A DNA stretch of 55,987 nt, filler included, from Dugesia japonica (GCA_001938525.1; 6 parts of 6 records of this genome joined end to end with filler, not necessarily neighbours in it); one strand, 5' to 3'; positions 13,799 to 25,972 are shown, numbered from the whole stretch's first letter. Notes: generated from the letters alone by a model not told the origin. Numbers and translations are program-made.

Positions 13799-14227
13799 TT
13801 ACACTAGCACATCTGTGATTTCCTCTTCAGAGTTTTCGTTGTTATTGCTGGTCAAGTCATTACGGGCACTCCATAAATAATTATGCACGAAGGAAGACAG
13901 CTGCGAAGTTGAGGGTAAGCGGTTTTTGGTGATACCGATCAAAGATGGACCATCAAGCCATAATCGTTCTACTTGTGGAACCTCGGTTGATCGTTCAAAA
14001 GAAAGTGGTGCCGGTGAGAAGGCGACTCTATCTCTCCTTGGGCCACACCAACTATAATAGGCTGCTCTCTCAGTTGCATCCCATTGTCGATCTGCAGGGA
14101 TTTGTTCAATCGGGACATTAGAACGATCTACTAGCACACCGGCGTCACGATTATAGGAATTTTGATACCGCCGGAACATGGTTTGACCGGAACGGATGTC
14201 CAGGCTCACTTCCCATTTATATTCCAT
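13799..14227 (-). CDS. LTR-borne accessory ORF B (142 aa), unknown protein
   Basis: Intact GC-richer ORF. Acceptor TATTGTAG| lies 10 nt before the ATG. AATAAA at 13785-13780, just after the stop. Confidence 0.6.
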   Translation of the reverse strand: MEYKWEVSLDIRSGQTMFRRYQNSYNRDAGVLVDRSNVPIEQIPADRQWDATERAAYYSWCGPRRDRVAFSPAPLSFERSTEVPQVERLWLDGPSLIGITKNRLPSTSQLSSFVHNYLWSARNDLTSNNNENSEEEITDVLV

Positions 14228-14430
14228 ATTGTCGATTCTACAATATCAACCGGTGAAGTTACATCTAAAGTCAATAGGTATAATTTGATAATATTTAGAT
14301 TTTATTTAAAGTGAGTAATTTAAAATTAAAATAAGACCTAGGGTTTATTTTACAAGAATGGCATATAACTCAACACCAAAACAAAATGTATTTTCATGCG
14401 AATGGTTTCCCCATGATTTCGAGTGATCTG

Positions 14431-14616
14431 TTATTCCTCATCTATATCCACTTTATGCTCGATTGGAAACATTTCAAGGAAACATTGGAGATCTGTCTCG
14501 TCGGAGTGCTCCACCTTGCCCCTTGTTAAATAGTGGGCTATTAATTGTTTTAGGCGCGTAGTACGACGCTGTTTCCGGATTTGACGAAGGGTGACTCGTA
14601 GTTCCGTTGAAATCAT
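14431..14616 (-). CDS. LTR-borne accessory ORF A (61 aa; basic N-half, acidic C-half)
   Basis: TTTTAATTTTACTCTAG|ATG. AATAAA at 14349-14344. Confidence 0.5.
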   Translation of the reverse strand: MISTELRVTLRQIRKQRRTTRLKQLIAHYLTRGKVEHSDETDLQCFLEMFPIEHKVDIDEE

Positions 14617-17600
14617 CTAGAGTAAAATTAAAATTATAGATCTAATCATGATTCCTTTCTCTGGGAAGCGACTAACTAGAGAGGTTAATCTCGATGAAAT
14701 CTTAGTTGCTGAAGATATGGGTGTGATTGCTGCGTAATCCTATTCGTGATACCCGCGGGATCAAAGGAAAGTAGGGGTGTGATTGAGAATGGGGTAGGGA
14801 ACGCTGGCAAGAGTATAGGGTCCTTTACAATAACCAGTTGTATGCATTCCTTACAATGTTACCATTAACATCCACACTAGCGAAGACAGAATTCTAACAC
14901 GGAGGTTATTATCAATGGTAGGTTAATCCGGTGCACCAAATGGCCTTAGTAATATCAACCATTCTAATTGTTACGATTAGAACGCTTACTGCAGTACTAC
15001 GAATTATCACATGGATAACCAGAGACGGGTAATAATAATCGCGAGTAATTTACGGATAAGAATGACAGTAACCCGAATTATAATGACAATAATATATGAT
15101 AGAAACGTCATAACTTTGCATGTCTTTTCACCTAAAGCATGTATTGACAGATAATAAGAGGTTATATAAAATAAAAATTCATATTTGTTAATAATTCTTT
15201 TATGGTTATCGCTATAATTTCATAGAACCAATTTGGCAGTTTACTATTTTATCAATCTTTTATAAGGCGCCTCTAATATTCCCTTCAGTACTAGTTAGAA
15301 TAATGATAATAATAAGACTTAACTGAAATTAAGATCAACATTTATTAATAGATTTTCCATCGTTATCATAATAATTTTGTAGAACTAATTAAGGGCTTAG
15401 TATTCCATCAATATCCAAAAAGGTACCATTAATTACTCTCTTTACCGTTAATTAGCATAGTGATTAATTAATAAGAATTTATCTAAAATTTAAAATAGCC
15501 GAAACAAAAATTTATTTTTCTACTTACGAAATAATTTTATACGAATGAAAAATTATGAATCTAACTCCCAATCATTATGAAGTGTTATACCCATATGTCC
15601 TGCTGATAACCGCACGATACTCATATGCTCTTGGTCCAGATTTATATCTCCACTAGAGTATTTGAGTTGCTAACTCTAATTAAATTTCGAACGAGAACAG
15701 AAAGTTGGTGAGATATTGCAAAGTAAGTTATATACACTTTGTTATTGATTATCCAGATAATTTTCTACTATGCGGCGCTCAACTGATTATCCACGAAAAA
15801 TAATAGCACACGGATACAACCTGCTGCTTGCCGAGTTATTTGTCTATATATATGATGATTTCTTTTGTTGCGACACTCCTTCACTAAGTAACAGTTGGTG
15901 TGTATGACTAGTGATGTGGATTCCTTAATGTGTGTAAGTGAGCAATCGGGTTGTATTTGAGTTATGGTGTTACTTAGTTAAAAAAAAAGAAAATATTGCA
16001 CAAGGCTATGTAGAAAATCTGGTGAGTAATCCTAGCGGCTACTCCTGAACAATTCATGCTTCCTTCACTGTTTTGCATTTAGTGTAGTTAAAAAGGGATC
16101 GGCAGAAGTTGTGTTACTTTCCATTTGATCTCACAATCACCGATGACGACCTGGCAAGTGATATCTAAAAATTATGTTTCTTTTTTTTGTTGTCTTTAAA
16201 ATTAGTTTTATAATTCATTAAACTAAAGATAAATTATCATCAATTATTTATTAGATATTAGTACATATTTCTTGAAATATTATACTGAATTTAACATAGA
16301 ATATTTTACTCTCTCTTTCTAAATTTTCTCTGCAACGGTTAAAGATTTGTGGGTTGACTGTATCGTCTGCGATAAACGGAAATTCTCTGTTTTTCGGCTA
16401 GATCTTCCTGGTTCACCACTAGAGTATGCGTATACTATAAGTTCGAGAGAAATTTCGATTAATAAATTAATTGATAAATAATTCTGCCTTACACTTTACT
16501 CGTGATACAATGGTAAAGAAGGTCCTTTTACAACAAATTTGTTCTTTTTCGTGATAATAGTTTATCGTTGGTTTAACTAATAAATTATGCACAAGTTTAG
16601 TTCGGTTTTTTTGTAGTTTAATCTAAAATTTCGGAGGGGTTTAAATACGATTTTCTTACGCAACTCGGCATCATTGTGATTGGACACTATTTTTAATTCA
16701 AATTTCTTCCTTTCCATTGGTTCTAGTGTTGATTTTTTATATTTTTATGACTTTCTTGGCTTTCTATTGGCCTCTATTTTTNAATCAACATGTGATGATC
16801 GGGTCTTTGTTACATTTTCTTTTCTTATTACCCTATTGGCCCAATCTTCGAACCTTTGCAGGACCCCTCCTGATGGCAGTATAATTTTCTAGTAGTGAAT
16901 TTCTGATGCCCATTTACTTTTTCTTTTCAGTTTTTCTTAAAGAAAGTCTCTGTGGCTTCCCTGAGCCGAATTATTCGTGTACACCGGTTTTTTGCCTAAT
17001 TTTACTTCTTTTTTTTATTTCAGAATTAATTAATATTTTTTGATAATTAATTATTTTCTCATAATGATTTTCCGAACTTTTATTATTAATTTAATAATTC
17101 TTCTTAATTCTCAATATTGATGTATGTTAGTTTTATTCACCTGATTCTTCGCATCCATCACCAGTTTTATTCTTTCTAAGGATTATTTTCGTCATATCTT
17201 ACCGAGATCTTAATTGTTTTTCCCTTTTGATTTTTTTATGTTTGATGAACATAATGGCCCGATTGTTTTTCTTTACTGATTTGAGCCTTCGGCCTTATTT
17301 TCTTTTCTCTAAGGGGTGTTTTACTCCAACAGATGCATGGCACAATGTGACTGAAATTACTATTATCAATTGTTTTAACAAGGCATTTTCTTATAATAAC
17401 CCGATTGAACAAATCAATGAATAAGAAAACGAAGATATTGACTATAAGGTTGTTTTTAAAAAAGTGAATTAAAAATTTTTGTATGTTGAGACTAAATTTA
17501 TTAAAATTATATTATTGGATATTTTAAATTAAATCATTAAAAACATTTTTGAAATAAACATAAAATTTTTGTGCAATCAAATATTTGATGAAAACAAATT

Positions 17601-17856
17601 CTTAATTTGTAGTAAATTTAAAATTCGTAATTTACAGTGTATATAATAAAATATTATAATTTTAATTCGTAGTTATACATTAGTAATTTTAGTAATTAGT
17701 AATTAACAATTAGTAATTTTCTTTTAAAATATATTTTTTTACAATTGCAATTATTGCGAGAATAATTGTTGGACATAACCATTGATCGTTTTATAGAATT
17801 CATTTAATATAAAAGTTTAGATCAAAATTTAGGTTTTATTTATCGATGTTGGATAA

Positions 17857-17893
17857 CAATTCGATATTTCGACCTTGTCTTCGTCAGGAATTG
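17857..17893 (-). ncRNA. Minimal type I hammerhead ribozyme (Penelope-associated)
   Basis: Minus strand reads CAATTC-CTGACGA-A-GAC(AAG)GTC-GAAA-TA-TC^GAATTG: 6-bp stem I, intact core, 3-bp stem II, palindromic minimal stem III (ATAT), AUC cleavage triplet. Confidence 0.8.
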
Positions 17894-17929
17894 ACTTTTA
17901 GTCAATTCAATTCAATTAAGTCAAAAAGT

Positions 17930-17966
17930 CAATTCCTGACGAAGACAAGGTCGAAATATCAAATTG
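17930..17966 (+). ncRNA. Second minimal hammerhead ribozyme copy (one stem I mismatch)
   Basis: CAATTC-CTGACGA-A-GAC(AAG)GTC-GAAA-TATC^AAATTG, with a G-to-A change right after the cleavage site. Confidence 0.7.
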
Positions 17967-19722
17967 TTATCCGATATCAATTAATAAAACCTAAATTTTG
18001 ATCAAAGCTTTTATATTAAATGAATTCTAAAATATATTTGTTATTATATTTTCAAATTTTACGTTTATTTATTGAAAATTTAAATAAATTAAATTAATGA
18101 AATATTTTTTTAATAAANNNNNNNNNNNNNNNNNNNNNNNNNNNNNNNNNNNNNNNNNNNNNNNNNNNNNNNNNNNNNNNNNNNNNNNNNNNNNNNNNNN
18201 NNNNNNNNNNNNNNNNNNNNNNNNNNNNNNATTAGTGATGAAACGAAACCTAATCCTAATGTATAAAATTGCATTATATTAGGTAATATTAGTTAATTTA
18301 GGTTGATTTTTCCCTGTGTATTTAGTTGGGAAAATTTATTGTACACAAATTATGTCTTGAGTTTTTCGATGAAAATATGATTTTTAAAGGGTTAATTGTG
18401 GTGTATTTTTCTAATGATTATAGTTGGCAAAATTATTTTGCACATAAATTATGTTACTTTTAATCGCATTTTGAAAAGGTCGGCGAATTATTTTAAAATT
18501 TTAGACTTTTTAGCTGGAAAAAAGTTTTTAGGCTTTTTAAGCGGTAATATTTTTTCAAGCTTTTTAGTTGCGAAAATTTTTTTACGGGAATTTATTAGGA
18601 TTCCGGTCAAACCGTTCATGTTGTTTAAATAATATGAAGATTTAAAATTTGTTTATATCAATTTTTTTGGGAATCCAGAACATCCAACATTTAAAAAATA
18701 ATATTTTCAATTTTTATAACATATAGATATTTTTACATCAATTAACTCAGAAATTTACGGCAATCATTCTTGGTTTTCCAAATATTTTGCACAGAATTAC
18801 TGTTTCAAACTTGTTTTGATTTATAAAAGTAATAAAAGTAACAAAGTAGAAATTAATAAAATAAATCGTTTAATTATACTAACATTTATTTATAAAAGTT
18901 TATTCAATCTTGTGAGAATAATTATTAATTATAAGAAAATAATTATTATTTAATAATTTTAGCCAATATTAATATTAGCGATTAAATTGAATATTAAAAT
19001 TTAATTAATTTATCACTTATCATCTTATCAAATATCTGTTTTAGTAGTGAAATAAATAATGTCTGAAAATATTAGTTTTGATTTGGAAAATGTTATTATT
19101 AATTGAAGATTTCTCTAACAAATATAATTACTAAGAAATTTTATTAAAAATAGATATTAAAGTATGTTTTTGATTTTTTGGGCCAGTTTTCAAAAAAATG
19201 CCACAAAAACGAGGTTAGGCTGTATTAATAAAATAGTTTGTTTTATTTATTCCATTGAGGTTTAAAAGTCGACAAGCAAGCCCACATTTCATCCTCGATT
19301 TTGATAAATCTTTCTCAATCTTTTGATTTGGTTTCAGTTAATATATTTGCAAGAGAAAATTTTTATATTTTTAAATTTTCAATATTTTCTAACATTTTTA
19401 AAAGATTTTGTGACAAACCATTTGGAAAACATAATATAATATAATCATATTTCATAATCATAATTCTATAATATAATCACTTATTAAACTTTAAGTAAGA
19501 TTTTATACATATAAATCTATTTTACTTATATTATCGGCAGCCAATCAAAATACAAGAAATTATTATTAAGTTAGTATTTTTCACTTACTAAATTTTAAAC
19601 AGTATAGCAAATAATATTTTATAACTTAATGATAAAAATAAATCTCATTAATTATTGCATTTAAAATGTCAATAATGAAATTAAAGAGTCAATGAATACT
19701 AAAATAAATTCATATAACAAAA

Positions 19723-20259
19723 ATGGAGGAAAAAAGAAAACAGAAAATGGATTATTTTTCGTATTGTGCAGTTTTACTATCTTTATGCTTTTTAATAATA
19801 GCTCTATCCAGTCGTCTATGGGGTTGTGGTTATATTATAACGGAATGCTTTTATGACAAACGCATCCAAGAACATTGGTCACGTAAAATGGCACTAGTGC
19901 TTTCAATAATATTCTTTTTCATTGCCGGAATATTAATGATAACTTTTTCCATACTTTTTCTCATTTCTTTATGTTCCGCAAAAACTAATAATTTCAAATT
20001 AAGAAAAGGTATTATAATAGCGATATTGTCGATGAATATGTTGGCAAATATATGTTTTGCATTGGCATGCCATAATATTCTATGGAATCAAATGCTGTTT
20101 CTTGTCACAGGTCTTTGTTGGAGTTTAGGTGCGCTATTAAGATATCATGCTGAAATTAAAATTATAATGAGAAATAAAAAAGCTGACAAAAAATTGAGGA
20201 AACAGATGGGAAAAGATACGTGTCCTGAACCGATTTTGCATCCTTATTCATCAAGTTAA
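19723..20259 (+). CDS. Intronless four-TM membrane protein, claudin/PMP22-superfamily-like (flatworm tetraspanning-orphan/Sm25 type)
   Basis: Intact 178-aa ORF with four hydrophobic segments, W-G-C-G-x5-C (LWGCGYIITEC) in loop 1 and a basic C-terminal tail. Context AAAAATGG; AATAAA about 40 nt after the stop. Confidence 0.7.
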   Translation: MEEKRKQKMDYFSYCAVLLSLCFLIIALSSRLWGCGYIITECFYDKRIQEHWSRKMALVLSIIFFFIAGILMITFSILFLISLCSAKTNNFKLRKGIIIAILSMNMLANICFALACHNILWNQMLFLVTGLCWSLGALLRYHAEIKIIMRNKKADKKLRKQMGKDTCPEPILHPYSSS

Positions 20260-20549
20260 CTTTAAATTTTCTCAGTCAAAGTAGTATTAAACCAAAATAA
20301 AAACAAACAGAACTGTATATTTTATTAATTAATTAAAAAAATTATTTTAGAAGTATATTAAAATTTTTAATTGCTTCTGAATTTAAAATAATAAATCTTT
20401 AAACTGCTCTTATTATATGTATTGAAAGAAATTATAAATCTGAAATTCCNNNNNNNNNNNNNNNNNNNNNNNNNNNNNNNNNNNNNNNNNNNNTTAATTA
20501 ATTAANNNNNNNNNNNNNNNNNNNNNNNNNNNNNNNNNNNNNNNNNNNN

Positions 20550-20806
20550 TTCCACGCCTGTAGTTAATCAAATTTTGAAAATCTTTGATAACATCTTTCT
20601 CCTTCTCAAATGCCATGCGTAAATGAGCTTGAAAACCTTCAGCTTTTTTCAACGTCTTTGCATATTCTTCCAACAAATTTTCATCTAGCAAACAAGAGAC
20701 TACTTTCTCCTGTTGTTTCCCATGAGTGAAGGTTTTAGCTTCAAAATACAATTCACATCGCTTGATAAATTTCTCAATATCATCTCCTCTGTAGAACACT
20801 TTTGGT
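20550..20806 (-). mobile_element. Gypsy gag N-terminus fragment
   Basis: FYRGDDIEKFIKRCELYF.... Near-identical DNA recurs at 35061-35100, just downstream of a tRNA PBS. Confidence 0.55.
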
Positions 20807-22729
20807 NNNNNNNNNNNNNNNNNNNNNNNNNNNNNNNNNNNNNNNNNNNNNNNNNNNNNNNNNNNNNNNNNNNNNNNNNNNNNNNNNNNNNNNNNNNNNN
20901 NNNNNNNNNNNNNNNNNNNNNNNNNNNNNNNNNNNNNNNNNNNNNNNNNNNNNNNNNNNNNNNNNNNTTAACTAAATAATAATATTTAGTTATCTCAATT
21001 CTTATAAGCTGAAATTATTAATTAATAATTATTTCCTCATAGGATTATTTATTTATTTGTGCATCTAATATTAATGAATATATAACACTTTTACTTAAAA
21101 ATCCAGGGCTTCAAATTTCATTAGAACTAACCCCCTATCATATTGCTTGATGGATTATCTATAAAAACAAATGCTCTAATCTCTATCTCAAACCTCACTA
21201 AAATATTTGTTTATGTATAATTTTGGTTCATCAAGTTAGTTTTAGAGCCTTCAAATCTAATTATATATATATTCAATGTTGCAACCTGTTACCATTGTCA
21301 TTTTCTATTTTGATTTTGTAGTTGAAAATAAATAATCTGGATAATATTTATTATTATATATATATCAACTTTTTCATTCTTTTTACTAATTTCTGTAGTT
21401 CATTTCCCATCTTTTCAAAATTATTAATTTTATAGTAATAATAATTATACTAAAAATATTACTCGCAGTCTTTCATTTATATGTTAACAAGTGTGTTTTA
21501 AATTGATAATGTTTTTAAATATAATGATATTTAGAAACTTATTATCTGACAATTATAGACTTTCTTTTTATACATATAATTATTAATAATATTAGTATAG
21601 AATTTCATTTAATAAATCTCATGTGTTAAGAATTTCTGAAGCAAATATATACGATCTGAAAGGGAGGTACTATATTTACCCCCACTCCCCAACATACTAT
21701 AATCTATTTGTTAATTATAACTATTGTATTTATATTATACTAGAAACAATGCATAAAATATGACAATATATGTTGAGCCTTTTCTTTGTTAGTTAAATTA
21801 ATAAAAAAACCTTAAATTAGCAAATTTGTATTAAGAAATCTTGTCTAAAAAAATCTACAAAAAATTGAATACCAAATTTTCAGGAATTACTTTATTGATT
21901 CATTTATGATAAATAATATTGATTTTTAAATAGATTTTATACAAATCGGACTTTTTCACTCAATTTCCGTAAAAATCCAATTAAAACCTTTTGCGCAAAC
22001 TAAAAACATGGGTAATTATCAACGAAATTATATAAAAATTTGATACCGCTTTATTTCAATTTTGCTATATTACGCATAACGTTGTTTTACACTAAATACA
22101 CTGGAAAAAATCTCCGCAATAATGTAATCATTACCTAATATGATGTTATAAAAAGTCTAAACTAAAACCTCAGATTAAATTTCTTACATCAGTAATCCTG
22201 AGAGGCGAGATTTTGGCTAGTGTGCTCAGTAATATATATTTCGTAATAAAATTGCTAGGTATTCTGACCTTTTTAGTAATATTTTCTCAAATTGGTTCAT
22301 TGTTTTCATACGATGGTTATTATTTCGCTCATTTGACGGGTTAAACTTTTTTATAATAATTTTTCTCATTTTGACTGAAATCATTAATATAATATGCATT
22401 GTTAAAAAGTTTACTTCAATTCCTATAGTCACGTGTTTAAGCAAAATAGTATATTTTTGATTCATTCTTACATTTTCAGTGAAGTAATAGATAGTTCGAA
22501 ATCTTTTGATTTCTTAGGTATTCATAAAGCACACATAATTCTTTTTAACTTTCTTTGAAGATGCTGTTTTGAGTACATTTTTCGAAGAGGAAGCCAAAAT
22601 TAGTGGTTTTCTTATCTATGATGATCCTATTGTTGAAAGCCTTTTGCACAGTTATTATTAAGTAAAAAAAAATATGTTTCTAATTGTAATCAGAAAAATT
22701 AGGCTGACCAAAAATTTATTATATTTATC

Positions 22730-25360
22730 ATATTAATATCACAAAGACTCCCCTATTTGGTTATTTTTAATATTTATATTTTATAATGTTAATATCACAA
22801 AGACTCCCCTATTTGGTTATTTTTAATAGTTATTTTTTTATCATGAAAAAATCACAAAGACTCCCTTCTTTCAACTTTTTTGATAGATATATTTTAGACT
22901 GTCCAATATCTTGCAATCATATCAAAAACTAATAAAACTACCTCAATATTTTAATACTGAATACAATATGAATACAATATGAAAGCAATATGAATGCAAT
23001 ATGAATGCAATACAGCAACACGTGCCTGGGAATTTTTATTGATTTTTTTAAAATAATGCGTTATGTATGCATGTCAAATACCAAAAGAATGCAACACAAA
23101 TACACTGAAAATCTCGTGCCTTGCAATTTTTTATTACTAAAGGCAATAGGTATGCATCTCAGATGCAACTCAGATGCAACACACATACACTGAAAGTCAC
23201 ATGTCTATGAATTTTAGACTACCCATCCCATGCAAAATATAGAGACCACCCTGATCTCATGCAAAAAATAGAGATTACCCCAATATCATGCAAAATATAG
23301 AGACCACCACTATTTCATGCAAAATAAATTAATTTAATTAAAAAAATTGATTTAATTTAATTAAATTATATTAAAAAGATTTCCACCCACCATTGCAATG
23401 AAAAATTTCTTTTTATTTCAATTGCATGCCAAAATAATTTTTTTAAAATTCAAACGAAAATATTTTTTGAATTTCCGACCAAAAATAAAAAGACTCCCCT
23501 CTTTCCCGTTCGAAAAATATAAAATCCACCTTTCCTAGTCAAAAAATACTCAAAATCCATCATTTTTATAAAAATAACATTACTTTCATCTAATTCATCA
23601 ATTTAAGCAAAATACATCATTTTTAACAAAAATATATATTTCCAAAAATTCCGTCACACATACCTGTCAGAAAAATTTCAAATAATTATCATAATATCTG
23701 ATAATTAATTGTCTTTCTACACATACCACTCTCCCCCGCCCAAAAATTTTTTTACCACTTTAAATATCATAGACCATATTACTATGGAACCTTTATATAT
23801 CATAGACCATATTAATGGAACCTTTAATCATAATAGACCATATAATAATGAAACTTTTTTATTTGATTAACCTAAATTTACATTAAATTAATATATAAAA
23901 GAAATAAACTCACCATTTTAAAATTCTCCATTTTAAATGCATTTAAGATATTAAAATTTAAAATTCAATACATTATTAATTTTTGTTATTTTAATATCTT
24001 AATTGCATTTAAAGTTAAGAATGCTAATTTATATTAGCATAATTATAATAATTACAATAATGATAATATAAAATTAAGTAATCAATAATTATATTGATTT
24101 TTTAATTTCTTATTATCATAATTGTAATTGTTATAATTATGTTAATATAAAATGAAAAAAAATTTAAATCTTTAAAAACTATTTTATTATTTACATGGCT
24201 ACCGATTATTTACTTAGTTACCATTTCTAGTTTGCATTATTTAGATAGTTACCCTATGTGGGAGAGGTTTATTTTAGATTATTGCTTTATTTTAGTGGTT
24301 TGAGTAGTTTAAAAAAAATTTCCAGGCAAGTGTTGGTGTGTTGCAATTGTGTTGCATCTGAGTTGCTTAACTATTGTATTTATTTAAAAGAAAATTCAAA
24401 ATGGCAGCTATATTGAGTTTTAAAAAAATCTGAGACTTGTGATTTTCAGTGTATGTGTGTTGCATCTAAGTTGCATGGCTATAGCATTTATTAAAAAATC
24501 AAAATGGCGGCTATGTTTAGTTTTAAAAAATCAAAATCGTGGCAATGTTCACTTTTAAAAAATCAAAATGGTTGCTATTTTGAGATTTAAGACATCAAAG
24601 TGACGGTTATGTAGAGGTTTAAAAATCAAAATGGTGGCTATGTTTAGTTTTAAAAATTTTCAAAAGTGTGATTTTCAGTTTATGTGTGTTGCATCTGAGT
24701 TGCATACCTATTGCATTTATTAAAAAAATGCAAAATGGTGGCTGTATTGAGTTTTAATTTTTAGTGTAAGTTCGTTGCATATGAGTTGCATTATTATTGA
24801 AAAATTCTCAGTCACGTGTTTTCAGTGTATGTATGTTGTAGCTGTGTTGCATTTATTAAAAATATCTATCAAAAAAAACAGCAAAAATGGGGTCTTTGTG
24901 ATATTTTCATGATAAAATATATCAAAAAAAGTTCACAGAGGGGAGTCTTTGTGATATTATCATAATAAAATATTCTAATAAAAGTTCAAAGAAGAGGGTC
25001 TTTGTGATATTTTCATGATAAAATATTTCTATCAAAAAACTTTGATATTTACATGGTAAAAAAATATCAAAAAAATTCAAAGAGAGGAGTCTTTGTGATA
25101 TTTTCATGATATAATATTCAAATTAAAACTTTTTTTACAAGAATATAAAAAAAGATTTATTTTTTCATAAAAACCTTAACTATATAATTTTTTATATAAC
25201 GAGCATATAAGTGATGTAATTTTAAATAAAAAAAAGTATCATTAGTGTTGCAATTTTTAATAAAAAATCTCATTACTGTTGCAATTTTTAATAAAAAGTC
25301 TCATTAGTGTTGCAATTTTTAATAAAAACTATCATTACTGTTGCAATTTTTAATAAAAAA
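22730..25360. repeat. Modular foldback/tandem repeat region, probably the terminal or non-coding part of the adjacent Maverick
   Basis: ATCACAAAGACTCCC x3 (22740-22865) is mirrored by GTCTTTGTGATATT x4 (24890-25105). ATGCAACTCAGATGCAACACACATACACTGAAA (~23163) is mirrored at ~24445 and ~24675. Tandem units CATGCAAAATATAGAGACCACC, AAAATCAAAATGGxGGCTAT and CATTAxTGTTGCAATTTTTAATAAAAA are also present. Confidence 0.75.
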
Positions 25361-25691
25361 CATATTGGTTGAGAATATTTCTGAGAACAAAATATTTTTC
25401 ATAATTGTATAGGGTTTTATGAGTATATTATTTGCATATTAATCGTGTAATAAGATGTCACCATGCAAAATGTATGCGCGCGTCATTCACAATGCATGCT
25501 CGTGCTATGTTCATTAGTAATTTAGGTAACAAATTATATCCTTTTAAACAAATTACTTCCAATCATTTCCTTTAAAACATTTAGTGTCCAATAAAAACTA
25601 ACAAATAGCGAGTATTTATGTATCGCATCAAGTATATAAACATCAGGTTTTCTAAAATAAGTAACTTTTATATTTCAAAGTTGATAGCAAA

Positions 25692-25972
25692 ATGAACCAA
25701 ATCGAAAGAGGAATTAAGCAAATTACAGATGCAATTACCAACGGATCAGTGGAAGAAATGAATAAAGTGAAAATACAAATTAAAAAATTCGCAGATGAAA
25801 TTACGAGTGGATCCGTTAACGAAATTCAATTCATAAGCCCGATTGACAATGGTCTATTGAGAAAACATGAGTATCTTGATTTCATTGTTCGTTCAATATT
25901 CATGGAGAAAATTAAGAAAGAATTGAAGAAACAAAAGAGAAATAAATTTATTGCTGGTATTTTATTGACATC
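25692..25972 (+). CDS. Unknown ORF, probably Maverick-associated; runs into a gap
   Basis: 93 open codons from AAAATG; TATATAAA at ~25633. Confidence 0.35.

Larger units (their letters stand above)
12517..17331. mobile_element. 4,815-bp integrase-type insertion, probable giant solo LTR
   Basis: Termini TGTCTGG...CCAACA. A 4-bp TSD, GATG, lies at 12513-12516 and 17332-17335. It splits a pogo transposase frame cleanly. No gag or pol motifs and no internal direct repeat were seen. Confidence 0.8.
17737..18029. mobile_element. Palindromic 5'-truncated Penelope-like element insertion (inverted pseudo-LTR)
   Basis: Inverted arms of about 105 bp (17794-17900 and 17925-18029), with a hammerhead motif in each. 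Flanking 12-bp direct repeat TAAAATATATTT at 17725-17736 and 18028-18039. Confidence 0.75.

Noticed and set aside
25219-25360. Regular ~31-bp repeats (also 23229-23325 and 22730-22865) as a CRISPR array
   Set aside because: These are head-to-tail tandem units with no unique spacers, there are no cas genes, and the context is eukaryotic.
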